NCBI GenBank assembly: GCA_000146045.2
Contig: BK006949.2
Coordinates: 224,001 to 288,000 of the forward strand
Direction of reading: 5' to 3'
Length of the DNA stretch: 64,000 nucleotides
DNA from: TPA_inf: Saccharomyces
Lineage: Eukaryota
The notes under the pieces are model-generated. The model ran no database searches and was not told the origin of the DNA. It saw nothing but the letters and a program-made list of their open reading frames with translations. Of this stretch, positions 49,255 through 62,061 are shown one piece after another. Position numbers and translations under genes: made by a program. Each line of letters begins with the position of its first letter. Position 1 is the first letter of the stretch.

Positions 49255-51867
49255 ATGTCAACAACATTAGCAGCACCAGCGAAACTAAAGAGTTTGCTCC
49301 TGAATCTACATACTCACTGTATTGGGCTACACGTTAACGATGTCACACCTAAAGTATATTTCAAGTTATTGATACGGCATCTTCTACAGATATCTAGATC
49401 AAACGCTGCTCATCCTAAGCTAAGAAGAAGGGCCCAGATTTTATTGGTATCGCTTTTCCTATCTGGTGTCACACTTTTTTCTGGTGTAACATATAGTACT
49501 TTCAAAATTATTCTAAAATGTTATAAATTTTACAAGTTTCCATGGAAGAGAAGGAATAGGAGACCTTTAATAAGAAGAACAAGATCTCAAATGCAATTAG
49601 ACAGTGGTGCAAGAATAATGTATATTCCTGAAGTGGAATTAGTCGACCGCCAGAGTCCCGATGACAACAAATTTATGAATGCTACAGATAAAAAAAAAAG
49701 GAAAAGGATATTTATTCCACCAAAGGATAACGATGTATATGAACACGATAAGTTTCTTTTTAAAAATGTAGAACTGGAAAGAGCCAAGAATTCGCAGTTA
49801 TTCTACTCAAAATTTTTAAACCAAATGAACGTCTTGTCTAAAATTTTAATTCCAACAGTTTTTGACAAAAACTTTCTTCTTTTAACTGCTCAAATTTTTT
49901 TCCTGGTGATGAGAACTTGGCTCTCTTTGTTTGTAGCCAAGCTGGATGGACAAATAGTCAAAAATATAATTGCTGGTAGAGGAAGAAGCTTTCTGTGGGA
50001 CTTAGGGTGTTGGTTTTTAATTGCTGTCCCTGCTTCTTATACTAATAGTGCTATTAAGCTACTTCAAAGGAAGTTGAGTTTAAACTTTAGGGTAAATTTG
50101 ACACGTTACATCCATGACATGTATTTGGATAAAAGACTAACATTTTACAAATTAATTTTTGATGCAAAGGCGTCCAATTCGGTAATCAAGAATATCGACA
50201 ACTCCATTACTAATGATGTTGCAAAATTTTGCGATGCGACATGCTCCGTTTTTGCAAACATTGCAAAGCCAGTTATTGATTTAATATTCTTTTCGGTTTA
50301 TTTACGTGATAATTTGGGAACTGTGGGAGTAGCAGGTATATTTGTTAATTATTTCATTACTGGGTTTATTTTGAGGAAATACACGCCACCATTAGGTAAA
50401 TTGGCAGGCGAGAGATCTGCTTCAGACGGCGATTACTACAATTATCATCTAAACATGATAAATAATAGCGAAGAGATCGCATTTTACCAAGGAACAGCAG
50501 TGGAAAGGACGAAAGTTAAAGAGTTGTATGATGTGCTGATGGAAAAAATGCTGCTGGTTGATAAAGTCAAGTTTGGTTACAATATGTTGGAAGACTATGT
50601 TTTAAAATATACATGGTCCGGTTTGGGTTATGTTTTTGCCTCAATCCCTATCGTTATGTCTACCTTAGCGACAGGCATCAATTCAGAGGAAAAAAATATG
50701 AAGGAATTTATAGTCAACAAAAGGTTGATGTTGTCGCTTGCAGATGCAGGCTCGAGATTGATGCATTCGATAAAGGACATCTCACAATTGACCGGCTACA
50801 CTAATAGGATATTTACTCTGCTTTCCGTCTTACACAGGGTTCACTCTCTGAACTTTAATTACGGCGCTGTTCCTTCAATCCTGTCAATACGTACAGAAGA
50901 CGCTTCCAGAAATTCCAACTTATTACCCACCACGGATAATTCGCAAGATGCTATTCGTGGTACTATTCAACGCAATTTTAACGGTATTCGGTTAGAAAAT
51001 ATAGACGTAATCATTCCATCAGTAAGGGCGAGCGAAGGCATAAAGCTGATTAACAAGCTTACATTTCAAATTCCTTTGCATATTGACCCAATAACTTCAA
51101 AGTCCAATTCTATACAAGACTTATCGAAGGCAAATGATATAAAGTTACCATTTTTGCAGGGTTCTGGCTCCAGCCTGTTAATATTAGGGCCAAATGGTTG
51201 CGGTAAAAGTTCAATTCAACGCATTATAGCTGAAATATGGCCAGTGTATAACAAAAATGGATTATTGTCGATTCCTTCAGAAAATAATATTTTTTTTATT
51301 CCTCAGAAACCATATTTTAGTAGAGGTGGAACTTTAAGAGACCAAATTATATACCCCATGTCCTCGGATGAATTCTTTGATAGGGGGTTTAGAGATAAGG
51401 AGCTAGTACAGATATTAGTCGAAGTGAAACTAGATTATCTTTTAAAAAGAGGCGTTGGCTTAACTTACCTAGATGCCATTGCCGATTGGAAGGACTTATT
51501 AAGTGGTGGTGAAAAGCAAAGAGTAAATTTTGCTAGAATCATGTTTCATAAACCACTATACGTAGTATTAGATGAGGCTACAAACGCAATTAGTGTTGAC
51601 ATGGAAGACTATCTGTTCAATCTTTTAAAACGATACAGATTCAATTTCATTTCCATATCACAAAGACCCACATTAATCAAATATCATGAAATGTTACTAG
51701 AGATCGGTGAAAATCGAGATGGCAAATGGCAATTACAGGCAGTTGGTACCGATGAAGCAATCACGTCGATTGACAACGAGATTGAGGAATTGGAGAGAAA
51801 ACTAGAAAGAGTAAAAGGTTGGGAAGATGAGAGGACGAAGCTACGGGAAAAGCTTGAAATTATTTGA
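49255..51867 (+). CDS. PXA1: Peroxisomal ABC half-transporter (ABCD family) for long-chain fatty acyl-CoA import, 870 aa.
   Basis: Walker A (GPNGCGKSS), ABC signature (LSGGEKQR) and Walker B (VVLDEAT) are present in the C-terminal half. The N-terminal half is a transmembrane domain. Length matches PXA1. Confidence 0.9.
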
Positions 51868-52161
51868 AAACACCCTAGAAAGGGAGAGATTTTATTTAGC
51901 GAATATAATTTATATATTATTTCCGTAACTGAATTTGTACTTTTGAATGTTTAACTGATATCTAGAGATATCGACATGGGAATGCCCTCTCAAACTAGAA
52001 AAGGGCAGAGAACGAAAAGAAAATGAAACAATTTGTTACCTACTATACAGTTGTTGGTCTTGCCAACACAAATATGAACATATATATATATATCTCACTT
52101 GATGAATCCACGTATCAAGGACAACCTTTTCATGGAAACATATACTGTAAAACAAAAAACT

Positions 52162-53529
52162 CTATTTGAAGTCCTTATGTGTCCACTTTTCAGTGATTTT
52201 CTGCTTATACTTTCTACCTTTCCTAACGGGCACTCTTGTTTCGACCTTACCAGAACTTTGTAGTTTTCTCACAGTATCATATAGCAGATTTCCTTCAGGT
52301 TTCAGTTTTCTCAATGAGTCAGATAATTCGTCAGAAAATTTAATCTCCAATCTTTCATCAATCACAGAGTATTTCGTCCCTAACTTGTGTTTCTTATTTT
52401 TCTTGCTTTTTTTAACCTTGTTGCTATCTGACTCTATGGCTGAAAGTATCTCAGTCTCTTCAGAATTGATAACTTCTTCTAAATCTTTAACACGTTGTCT
52501 CAATTCTTTCAACTCTTGTTGCAATTTTACTTTCTCTTCATGTCTCTTTGCCTTGTTTCTTTGATATTTTGTTTTCTTTTTATTCTTCACAGGCTTATTT
52601 ATTGATAGTTTTATTTCCTTATCAGATCCACTACATTGCGTACTTTCATTTTCATTTTCATTTTCTTCTTCTTCTTCTTCTTCTTCTTCGTTTGATGAAG
52701 ACTCTTCCTCTTCATTGTCATCTAAAGTTTCCATTAAATGTCTAATTCTTTCTTTGTACTTTTCCAAGGCGATTCTTTCATCTTCTCTTGCCTTTTCCTC
52801 TTTATACTCTTTGTTTATCAATTCTGACCAAGCTTTATTGTTGGGATTGTAGGATTTACCAGCATGTGGAATTTCTGTGAATTCTTTTACTGCAATTGGC
52901 TCTATATCTAAAGTACTTGGTCTGACTGAAGCAGTAGACCAACTTGTCGTGGATTTTTTCAATAGTTCTTCAGGTATCTGGTCCTTTTTTTCCACATCAA
53001 GTTTGATACCGGAAGGTAATTTGACCTTCTGTTTCTTTGAATTGGATTCTTCACCCCATAAGTCGCCAGCCGTTGTTTTAACTAGACCGTCTTTGGCAAC
53101 TCTATTCTTGATCTTCGATTCGCCGTGTACTCTGCCAGCCAAAGCCATTAATTTCTTTAATTCGTGTTTAGAAACACCTTGAATCTTATTAGGATTTCCA
53201 CTACTATTCTTATGGTGATTTAGTGCTGCAATTTTTGAATTCGTTTTAACGGCGTCTAAAATCTCTTTACTTTTTAGAACCTTCTTAATTTGTTTCCTTT
53301 TAATTAATTTATTTTTCAATATCTCATCACCCTCAACATCAACATGAAAAAGAGCATCATTTTGCAAAGAGGTTATATCACTGGTACCATGCGTAATTTC
53401 ATGATCAATTTTCTTTTCCATATATTGTTCTACGTCAGATAAATCGATATTTTTTCTCCATGCTTTCTTACCCTTTCTTGAAGACTGTTTGTATTGAGAT
53501 GGTTTCTTGGTTAGATTAGTTGGAGCCAT
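52162..53529 (-). CDS. NOP53: Nucleolar 60S ribosome biogenesis factor, Lys-rich with an internal poly-Glu tract, 455 aa.
   Basis: ORF begins MAPTNLTKKPSQYKQSSRKGKKAWRKNIDLSDVEQYMEKK…. There is an acidic run (…EEEEEEEEENENENE…). Length and synteny match. Confidence 0.85.
   Translation of the reverse strand: MAPTNLTKKPSQYKQSSRKGKKAWRKNIDLSDVEQYMEKKIDHEITHGTSDITSLQNDALFHVDVEGDEILKNKLIKRKQIKKVLKSKEILDAVKTNSKIAALNHHKNSSGNPNKIQGVSKHELKKLMALAGRVHGESKIKNRVAKDGLVKTTAGDLWGEESNSKKQKVKLPSGIKLDVEKKDQIPEELLKKSTTSWSTASVRPSTLDIEPIAVKEFTEIPHAGKSYNPNNKAWSELINKEYKEEKAREDERIALEKYKERIRHLMETLDDNEEEESSSNEEEEEEEEENENENESTQCSGSDKEIKLSINKPVKNKKKTKYQRNKAKRHEEKVKLQQELKELRQRVKDLEEVINSEETEILSAIESDSNKVKKSKKNKKHKLGTKYSVIDERLEIKFSDELSDSLRKLKPEGNLLYDTVRKLQSSGKVETRVPVRKGRKYKQKITEKWTHKDFK
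52646..52690. repeat. (TTCATT)3-(TTC)8 repeat encoding the poly-Glu/Asn tract in NOP53.
   Basis: ttcattttcattttcattttcttcttcttcttcttcttcttcg read directly from the sequence. Confidence 0.8.
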
Positions 53530-53667
53530 TTTTAAATAAATGATTCATTAACGTGAGGATGGTATGGATCACAAGAAAGCCGAACTAATAGCATAAGTTG
53601 TAATGTAAGGACCCCATCGCATTTTTATTGCTCTTTTCTTTTTTAGAAGTGAAAAAGCTCGGGCACG

Positions 53668-53679
53668 GAAAATTTTTTG
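53668..53679. promoter_or_regulatory. RRPE-like element (AAAAATTTT core) in the NOP53 promoter.
   Basis: GAAAATTTTTTG lies about 140 bp upstream of the NOP53 ATG. The RRPE is typical of ribosome biogenesis genes. A partial PAC-like GCGATGG sits about 50 bp closer to the gene (53614..53620, minus strand). Confidence 0.4.
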
Positions 53680-54394
53680 ATGGAATTATAGAATTTCGTC
53701 AAATATGACTGTATTCTCTCAGAGCACACCTGTTAGGTAATACGCAATATTATGATAATATTACTTTAGTACTTGGCGTTAGCCTCTTGTGTTTCATTGT
53801 TATGGAGTGATAAAACAGGCCTATGGTTCGATAAGCGTACAGATTTTGGGATATACCATAAACTTTGTATAGAAAGTGTTGTATAAGTGCATATACTCCA
53901 TCGATTATGTGGTTCTACAAAATTGACATAAGAAAATTAGAGAGTTATAAAAAAGACAAAAGTGAGGATATCAACAGAGAAGATAAAATATAGTAATAGG
54001 TTGTAAATAATAACAAAACTTGCATGAAAACTTGGTAAACTTCAAATTTTAACCTTCGTATGATGATTAAAAAGGATATGACATCATGAGAAAAAAATGA
54101 GCGATCTGTCTATCAATAATTAAAGGAAGAAGTAGAAATAGATAAAGGTTTTTTCTGCTTCATCTTTAACAGCAATATAGCATATTCTTGTGGTTCGAAA
54201 GAATAAATTCTAGTCATTATAGTGAAAAGAGAACAAAACAATATAAGATTTAGGGGATGGTAAAAATGATTTCTTAGTTCCTCTAATGATTTCATATCCT
54301 TTCCTGTCACATGAAGAGAAAAAGGAAGGAAAAAGAAGAAAAGATAGATAATATATTAGTGCAACGGTAACAAGTTGTTACTTTATCGTTCTCC

Positions 54395-55717
<1,323 letters not shown>

Positions 55718-56479
55718 CTAAATCTTATAAATTTTTCGATTTGTTTCTAGGAGAAAAGTTTGATATATTTCTGTTATGTTCAGACTGGTGATTTCGTTGA
55801 AAGCGTGAACAAATAGCCAGTTTCTATCCAATGTATAGTTTTCTTTCTTTGTTTTTTTCTTTAGTACAACAGCTAGAAATTGGGTAAAAAAAAAGCCAAT
55901 GTGATAGAGTCAAACTCAAAGAAAAGTTTACTTAAGAACTTATCGACGAAATATCGTTTTACTTGGAATAGTAATACTTGCACAGCTCAAGACAGAACTA
56001 TTGAAAAATAAACCAGAGCCCAATAAACGTGGTACTTGTCGAGTAGTCCAGGAAATGGGCAAAGGTTGGAAAACAAGAATAATCAACGAACGCAATGGCA
56101 AAAGGAGAAGTCCGCATCCGTGCACCTCACAATTCCGAAAGATAATGACTTACGTGAGAGGGCCCAAAAATGCTGCAGCTAGTAAAACGCGAACGGAATG
56201 AGTTACTGGTCCCGTGAAGTGATTGACACAATGGTCGGTGCGATTATTCTTCGTGCTGTAACAAGATGAGGTACATACGGGAAAGAGCTTATTTTAGTTC
56301 GTTTAGGAGCTCCGGAAATTATTTGCACGAAAGTTTTCGTTGCCCGGATTGAAAATTTACTGTTGACATGAAAGTACATTAAAAGATTAGGTTCTGGTAT
56401 ATTGTTTATGTTTTACAAATGATTTGGACCGGGAAATTGCAAAAGATGCTTCCGTTGAGATTAGACGCGAGTGATTGTG

Positions 56480-56926
56480 ATGTTAGTAAAGACGATTAGC
56501 CGAACTATTGAATCAGAATCTGGATTTCTACAGCCGACGCTGGATGTTATTGCTACTCTACCTGCAGACGATCGTTCTAAAAAAATACCTATTAGTCTGG
56601 TAGTGGGATTTAAACAAGAGGCCTCGCTGAATTCATCTTCATCCTTATCATGTTATTACTACGCCATTCCCTTAATGAGGGATAGACATATTAACCTCAA
56701 ATCAGGCGGAAGCAACGTTGTGGGGATACCGTTATTAGATACTAAAGATGACCGGATTCGTGATATGGCTAGACACATGGCCACAATAATATCTGAAAGG
56801 TTCAATAGGCCGTGTTATGTAACGTGGTCATCGCTGCCTAGTGAAGATCCCTCTATGCTAGTAGCAAACCATTTATATATCTTAAAGAAGTGTCTCGATC
56901 TCTTGAAAACTGAACTCGGTGAGTAA
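56480..56926 (+). CDS. POC4: 20S proteasome assembly chaperone, 148 aa.
   Basis: I recall the canonical start as MLVKTISRTIESESGF.... The longest ORF adds 3 codons. Confidence 0.75.
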   Translation: MLVKTISRTIESESGFLQPTLDVIATLPADDRSKKIPISLVVGFKQEASLNSSSSLSCYYYAIPLMRDRHINLKSGGSNVVGIPLLDTKDDRIRDMARHMATIISERFNRPCYVTWSSLPSEDPSMLVANHLYILKKCLDLLKTELGE

Positions 56927-57055
56927 AGTAAGAGTTCTTTAGACATTCATGATTGTAATGTAATTTAATTAAAATACTAAGTATAATGCGGCTCCAAAAT
57001 ACTGAATCAAACCTTTGATTCGAAAATATTTTGGAAAAAATAAATGATTTGATTG

Positions 57056-57517
57056 ACTTGTCAGACTGCCATTTGTACCCACCCATGAATCCCTATCCTT
57101 CCAAAATGGAAGCACATAGGATGGGTCAAGATCATCGCGCCATTAAATATCGCAACAAATTCCAAAGGAAGTTATCACAATTGCAACGGCAAAGCAAAAT
57201 TTTATTCAAAATTATAGATGGCCGAACCGCTAAGGATTGCGGACCAAGCTAATTTAAATTCGATTTCATTTCCTCACTCTGGGGTACAAAGGTTATGGGG
57301 CTCATCAACCAAGTTGGATTCAGTGGCTCTTTTGAAGAGTCAAAGAGTGACGATTCCTATAGAAATGATCCTACTGTTGAATGTGTTAGTCAAAACCTGA
57401 AGCTGGTGAAATAGAAGATGGTTGTTGAATACGACAATCGCATTGCCTAATTATTGGGTATGCTTTGTTATATTCCTAATAAAGTATATGGTATAAAACA
57501 TACTGAAGTACGTCGAC
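57056..57517 (-). ncRNA. SNR17B: U3 small nucleolar RNA gene, copy B. Exon 1 is 57517..57504 (14 nt), the spliceosomal intron is 57503..57374 (130 nt), and exon 2 is 57373..57056.
   Basis: The minus strand reads GTCGACGTACTTCA, then a GTATGT...GACTAAC...CAG intron, then TAGGATCATTTCTATAGGAATCGTCACTCTTTGACTCTTC.... It ends ...GGGTGGGTACAAATGGCAGTCTGACAAGT. These are the U3 5' and 3' ends and conserved boxes as I recall them, giving a spliced length of about 332 nt. The track ORFs 56853..57086 (-), 57031..57252 (+) and 57218..57400 (+) are spurious translations of this RNA. Confidence 0.9.
57374..57503 (-). other. SNR17B: Spliceosomal intron of SNR17B, 130 nt.
   Basis: On the minus strand: a GTATGT 5' splice site, a GACTAAC branch-like sequence 12 nt before the 3' splice site, and a CAG acceptor. 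The flanking exons rejoin to give the canonical U3 5' sequence. Confidence 0.85.
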
Positions 57518-57605
57518 AATTTTTTTAGTAAAAAGAACAAGAAGAGAATAAAACTAAGAAAAGGATGAATGAGTGAAGTTATCAAGTTGTTTGGAAAGAG
57601 CTCAC

Positions 57606-57614
57606 TATTTATAT
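57606..57614 (-). promoter_or_regulatory. Candidate TATA box (TATAAATA on the minus strand) for SNR17B.
   Basis: The minus strand reads ATATAAATAGTGAG about 90-97 nt upstream of the U3 +1 position at 57517. Confidence 0.4.
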
Positions 57615-57765
57615 GTTTCTTTAACTTTACTCATTCACCTCATCGAGAATGGAAAAACTAATGAAAAATTCAGCCCTAAGAAAAATGCTCGAAATACATA
57701 TCGTAGTAGTTACCCACCTCTCGTTGCAATTTTTTCCACGGCAATATTAACATCCTTACCTCTTT

Positions 57766-57779
57766 ACACCCTTACACTT
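57766..57779 (+). promoter_or_regulatory. Rap1-type binding site ACACCCTTACACTT upstream of RPL33A.
   Basis: It matches the ACACCCRYACAYM ribosomal-protein-gene Rap1 consensus and lies about 345 bp upstream of the RPL33A ATG. Confidence 0.5.
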
Positions 57780-58121
57780 CCTTTGATTACTTTTTTTTTT
57801 CTTCTCTCAGTTTGTTTCGCGTACACACCTTGGGTGCCCGTCGAAGAATTCTCCGCTCAATGGAACGTACGGAGGTCATACTCAGCTTCCCTCTAGCAGT
57901 ACAGTCGTTAGACAGAGCTGATTCATCTTTTCCGGCCTAAACTCGTATCCTGTCCCTCCCTTCTACTCTTCACCGGCATGATACCTTTGCCTCCCGTTTG
58001 GCAAAATATTCGCTATCAAGCTTTAATTTACGTGTATTAATCACTAGTTCAAAACTTGAGTTATTTTGCCTTGAGCAATTGTAAGAATCCGTAAGAAACC
58101 AACAATCAAATAAATTGAAAA

Positions 58122-58970
<849 letters not shown>

Positions 58971-59463
58971 ATTTGTTGATTGTATAAGTACTCTATTAAA
59001 CATCGTTATTTTCTCTTTTATTACTATTAATATTATTATATTTTGAGAATAGAAAAGACTAATATATATATAGTATAATTTTTAAAATTAATTCCGTACA
59101 AAAGGCAAAAGAAATTGTCTTCTTACTTAAAATGTCTGCGAATCTCGCTGTAAGCGCAGTGAAACAATGTTCCCGCTTAGAAGACGTGATTCAAGCGGAG
59201 TGAAGCTATGATTGATAATAAGTAACAATTTAGAAAAATTTTTGATGTTTTTAGTAATGCAAAATATATATGGTAGGTATATGCATATATATGCTCAATG
59301 TTTATTAGATTGAAATTTCATAAAGTATATTATAACATTATTTTGTTGGTCTGGCAAATCGCAAAATTTTAGCGACAGACATTTTAAATGGAAAAATTGC
59401 AGATAGTACTGATTTTTTCATATGATAAGTGGATATTATTGTCAAATGAGATAGGTATTATCT

Positions 59464-62061
59464 CTAGATTTTCATACTTCTTCTTTTGAAAAACCCTAAT
59501 ACTCTTTTTGCGGTTGAATGTTCTGGACTTTGGGCTGCTTTATTGTCTACGCTTGCCTTGTTGACCTCAGATACCATTATGGAGGACCTGTTGCTTCGGA
59601 CCGCTTTTTTAGTTTCTAAAGTACATTTATTTTGCACCATCGTTGGTGCAGGCAGGTCTTTTGAGACTTGATGGGATGTTTGCATATTTGAAGCAGTGAT
59701 ATAATGATTCTTTGAATTTGTTTGATAACTGTCATCCTTTTTTGGGCGTCTTTGGGAAGGTGGAGAAGGTTTCCGTTTGGAATCCATTGATGAGTATAAA
59801 CTAGATTTGGAAGTATCATAAGAGTACAAGGAAAGAAAGCTAAATCTTTTCTTTGTTGACTCTGCTTCGTTAAGTGATCTTTCTAGATGGTTATTGACGT
59901 GTTTTTGTGCTGTAGCTTTCGCGATGTTGCTACTTTTACTACCCTTTTCACTTGTGTCCTCCGTTTTCGCCTTATCAATTGATTCTTGTCCTTCATGTTG
60001 TTGAAGAGGAGATTCTGGTGGCCTCAATTCATCAGACTCTTCGGTGACCGTATCGCATGAGATGTCACTGAATATGCCGCTATATCTCAAACTTTTGCGC
60101 TTCTGTTTGTATTTTTCATCATAGATTCTCGTTACTACATCAGCGTCCCTCTTATACTTGATCAAGTCACCAGATACGCTTTGCAAATCAACAGAGGGTT
60201 TTGCTACTGAAAATTGGCCGTGCGTAATTAACTTTGGAGAGCTTTCGATGGAAGAGGATGAGGTTATGCATGTATCTAGGGCAAGGTATGGTGTGGAATC
60301 AAATGGGGATGTGTCTCTTTGATTCAGCGTTTGTGATGAAGCGCTACTTTTAGCTTTTTCGTTGATCTCATATATGGAGAGCGTATTTGAATTGTAGGGA
60401 GGTGTTGTGTATGAGCCAGGATGGTATGAAGTTGGCCGTGGCTTTGTATGGGATGAGGAAGACGTACGGTAGAAATTTTTAGCAGATTGGAGACTATTTT
60501 GGGTCTTATTTTTATTGTATTGATGATTTTGTGATGAAGCCATGTTATTTGGTTGAATCTTGCTTGTTTGCATTGTGGTAGACGACTCTTCTTCTAAACT
60601 TGGTACAATACTACTCCCAGAAATTGTATTTCTTTTAATAGGTGTGGTTTCGATTATAATATCGCCTGGACTTATGGCTGGTGGAGGTGAAAGACTGGCA
60701 GTCATGTTTCCCGTAGTTTGTCTAATGTTTTGTACTGGGGATAATGATTGTTCATGACTTAACACATATTCCCTATCTGCGTTCACCACTGCCTGCAAGG
60801 CAACGGATGCAGCAGAGTTACTTCTATTGTGCCTATTAGATCTTCTTATAGGTGACAGCCGCTGGTCAGATGCAATAGAAGCCGGTCTGGTTATAATATG
60901 ATTTTGTGATTCTTGAGGCGGAGCCGGGAAAGTAATTAAAGTTGAATCAATGACCAGTGAATCCCTTTTATCACTCCTTGAGCCAAGAGATGAGGTAGAA
61001 CAACTGGATTGTGGTCTAGATCCATATCTTCTTCTTGGTTTTGCTAATCTGAACACGGATTGAGTATTGTTTAGTTTGTCCCACTCATCAGGTGTTATGG
61101 ATAAGAATGAAGAATGAGGCTTTAGCCATTCATGTTTCTTGATCTGTTTCAGGTTTATTCTTTTCTTTGGGTCTGAGACCAGCATGCGTCTTAATAAGTC
61201 CCGAGGTATAGGAAGAATATAATCAGGGAACTTTAATGGTGTGGAGTTAATATAATTATAAAGTCTTCCTATATCGCTGCCTTCAGGATTATTTGGATCA
61301 TCATCCCACGGTAAATATCCAGCTAGTATAGCGTAAAGTATAACTCCACATGACCATATATCTGCTTTTCTAGCTTCGTATGGTTCGGCGCTTATCACTA
61401 GTTCAGGCGCTGCGTAGCATGGAGAGCCACATGACGTCTTCATTAATTCGTTTCGTGAGCAAAACTCATTGACAAACCCAAAATCTGTAATAACTAGGTT
61501 CTCATTCTTGTCTAGTAATAGATTTTCCAATTTGAGATCTCTGTGAACAAGTCCCTTAGAATGTATGTAATGTACTCCACTTATTAGCTGAGAAAATAAC
61601 CTGCATGCATTCATTTCCTTAAGCCTCCTTTTTTTTTGAATATATTTATAGAATTCTCCCCCGCATGCGTACTCTAGGACAATACCAATGTACCTAGAAT
61701 TTTGCAACACTTCTTCTAATTTTACGATATTCGGATGTGATAAGTGTTTTAAGGCGTTGATTTCTCTGTATATTTTAACTTCTTTCCTGTAATCATTCGA
61801 TATGCTATCACGTTTGATAAGTTTAATTGCTACTTGTTTTGGGAAGTCAAAAGTTGAATTAGAGCTGTTTGAAAAATTCTTTGGCCAGCCTAGCTTCACT
61901 TTTCCGAACTCTCCTTCTCCTAACGTCGACCCTAGGATATAAGGACCAAACGTTACATGTTTCCGCCTTTGCTCATCTGTTCTTTGAGGGTACTGAAATG
62001 TGTCAGACAAATCGTTGGTAAACCCTCCGTAGTATGTATGACGTTTATTGGTGTACGACAT
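59464..62061 (-). CDS. FRK1: Ser/Thr protein kinase (fatty acyl-CoA synthetase and RNA processing-associated kinase, a KIN4 paralog), 865 aa.
   Basis: Kinase motifs (…GEGEFGKVK…, …HRDLKLENLLLD…, …DFGF…) in the N-terminal third, then a long Ser-rich tail. Length and position fit YPL141C. Confidence 0.82.
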   Translation of the reverse strand: MSYTNKRHTYYGGFTNDLSDTFQYPQRTDEQRRKHVTFGPYILGSTLGEGEFGKVKLGWPKNFSNSSNSTFDFPKQVAIKLIKRDSISNDYRKEVKIYREINALKHLSHPNIVKLEEVLQNSRYIGIVLEYACGGEFYKYIQKKRRLKEMNACRLFSQLISGVHYIHSKGLVHRDLKLENLLLDKNENLVITDFGFVNEFCSRNELMKTSCGSPCYAAPELVISAEPYEARKADIWSCGVILYAILAGYLPWDDDPNNPEGSDIGRLYNYINSTPLKFPDYILPIPRDLLRRMLVSDPKKRINLKQIKKHEWLKPHSSFLSITPDEWDKLNNTQSVFRLAKPRRRYGSRPQSSCSTSSLGSRSDKRDSLVIDSTLITFPAPPQESQNHIITRPASIASDQRLSPIRRSNRHNRSNSAASVALQAVVNADREYVLSHEQSLSPVQNIRQTTGNMTASLSPPPAISPGDIIIETTPIKRNTISGSSIVPSLEEESSTTMQTSKIQPNNMASSQNHQYNKNKTQNSLQSAKNFYRTSSSSHTKPRPTSYHPGSYTTPPYNSNTLSIYEINEKAKSSASSQTLNQRDTSPFDSTPYLALDTCITSSSSIESSPKLITHGQFSVAKPSVDLQSVSGDLIKYKRDADVVTRIYDEKYKQKRKSLRYSGIFSDISCDTVTEESDELRPPESPLQQHEGQESIDKAKTEDTSEKGSKSSNIAKATAQKHVNNHLERSLNEAESTKKRFSFLSLYSYDTSKSSLYSSMDSKRKPSPPSQRRPKKDDSYQTNSKNHYITASNMQTSHQVSKDLPAPTMVQNKCTLETKKAVRSNRSSIMVSEVNKASVDNKAAQSPEHSTAKRVLGFFKRRSMKI

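Noticed and set aside
56853-57400. Three overlapping ORFs in the track (56853..57086 -, 57031..57252 +, 57218..57400 +).
   Set aside because: They are translations of the U3 snoRNA gene on both strands, which is non-coding.
57573-57896. A 107-codon plus-strand ORF between SNR17B and RPL33A.
   Set aside because: It lies in the shared promoter region and overlaps the Rap1 site. Its translation is hydrophobic and low-complexity with no homolog I recognise.
58971-59463. A possible ARS in the AT-rich RPL33A/FRK1 convergent intergenic region, and other AT-rich spacers.
   Set aside because: I found only partial matches to the 11-bp ACS (WTTTAYRTTTW), for example TTTTGATGTTTTT. Calling origins by eye is unreliable, and it needs a PWM scan plus ORC ChIP or ARS-assay data.
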